NCBI GenBank assembly: GCA_030704615.1
Contig: CM060731.1
Span: forward strand, 1,116,001 to 1,180,000
DNA from: Takakia lepidozioides
Lineage: Eukaryota; Plantae; Bryophyta
Length of the DNA stretch: 64,000 nt
Direction of reading: 5' to 3'
Within the stretch, counting starts at the first letter, position 1. Each line of letters begins with the position of its first letter. A program made the position numbers and the translations under genes. This document shows positions 62,717 to 64,000 of the stretch, one piece after another. Below the pieces are notes generated by a model, which had not been told where the DNA came from, searched no databases, and saw only the letters and a program-made list of their open reading frames with translations.

Positions 62717-64000
62717 ACTTGACTCTACTCTCCACTAGCTAGTTCGGCCGACTTCCTCCAAGTCCCGGCCAAGGGTGGAGCCTCTCCAGCTCCTCCCAGT
62801 GCACTCTTCTTTGGCCTACTTCAAGGCCAAGGAACGATCCTCCCCGAGGATCGAATCGCCTTACTGCAACAACATTTGCTTGCGATCGCTCATGATGCCG
62901 CTTTTGGCATCACCTTGAGCAAGGGTTCACCTGGAACCCTCTTTGACTAGGACGATAACCTTGAACCAACCGTGCGCCCCAATCACTACAATTGGGTCCG
63001 CCTTGGAATGCTGGCCTGAGGTACGGGAACACGCCGAAGCCGCACTACGACTTCGTCCCGAGGCTACACGATTATAGTACGTGAACGGAAGCACGTAGCT
63101 TCCGCGTTAGCCCGCACTACAAGGCAACCCCCTCGGTAGCGCAATTATAGTACGCGCACGCGCCAGGTGCGCACTAGCACGTGAACTCCCAAAGAAGGCG
63201 CAAGTTTCCTTGCCCCTTGGATGGGAGTCACCCGATTTCGGCACTGCGCAAACACACAATTAACCCAATTTACCTCTCCCACTTTTGTAAGCTAGCATGC
63301 ATTCTACACACTAGCCAACCACACCATGCATCACCATTCCAAACACAATAGGACGCACAATATTTTGAACCCATTTCCTTTATAACAAATTTTTGTACAA
63401 TACAAGTTTTTGCAATCGGATTCCTGAGCTAGCTAAACCGGGCTAAGCATGCATTTCCTCCCCCACGCTCCAAGGTTGATGTCCCCATCAACGTTTCTTC
63501 CGCTTTTGAGGTCGCCCTTCGAACGCTGCAACTGCCTCGGATGCGTTTCCCATTTCTGAGGCACGCACCCAAGATGCCTCCACATGATGATAGCCCTTCC
63601 ATTTGACGAGATACTCCGTTTCTCAGTTCTTGAACCTCCTCGACTTAAGTATTGCCTCCACCTCGTACTCAGGTTCATTTTCATGATCCAACAGCATAGG
63701 TGGCGGACGCAACACTTGATGCCGATTCGGACGTGCTTCATCTTTGAAGTAATGCTTCAAAAGAGAGACATGGAATACTGGGTGCACCTTGCTGTTTGCC
63801 GGCAGCTCCAATTCATACACATCCTCATTCATAACCTTCCGAATGCGAAAGGGACCCGCATACGGAGGTACGAACTTCGGACTCACTTCCGGAGGTAGTC
63901 GGAAATTCTTGATGTTCAACCAGACCTCTGTGCCTGCCTCAAACTTCACTTCCCTCGGCTTCCGATTCGCCTGCCTTTCATACCGTTTCCTAGCTTTGGC
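62717..64000 (-). mobile_element. Chromoviral Ty3/Gypsy 3' end: integrase C-terminus with chromodomain, PPT, probable LTR
   Basis: KFVPPYAGPFRI...YELELPANSKVHPVFHVSLLK (GPY/F motif), EYEVEAILKSR (chromodomain). PPT gtgggggaggaaa followed by TG at 63453. Confidence 0.88.

Overview
Eukaryotic, intron-containing DNA made almost entirely of nested transposable elements. A DNA-PKcs remnant, plant-type Gypsy, CACTA and L1 elements point to a non-flowering land plant or streptophyte alga (inference). The main feature is a family of large Mutator (MULE)-type DNA transposons, present as two delimited copies (A 6788-18132 and B 25712-39783, each with a 9-bp TSD and imperfect TIRs) and three partial copies (C, D, E). 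Each full element carries a WRKY/GCM-type Zn finger + DDE + SWIM transposase. Divergently transcribed from it is a multi-exon second gene fusing a ParB/Sulfiredoxin-like domain (VWDGNHR) to a beta-class N4C/N6A DNA-methyltransferase-like fold with a non-canonical DIPDG catalytic motif. Each subfamily is studded with its own 22-bp palindrome (10-2-10 architecture, shared xGAAxxxCGx arm), found in introns, the intergenic region and downstream arrays. Also present: an RLE-type non-LTR element with chromodomain, PCIF1-like MTase-like domain and RNase H; a TRIM whose LTRs contain a tRNA-like sequence; a CACTA 3' half; a split L1; Gypsy remnants; and an internal inversion in element C. All assignments come from reading motifs by eye; no database searches were run.
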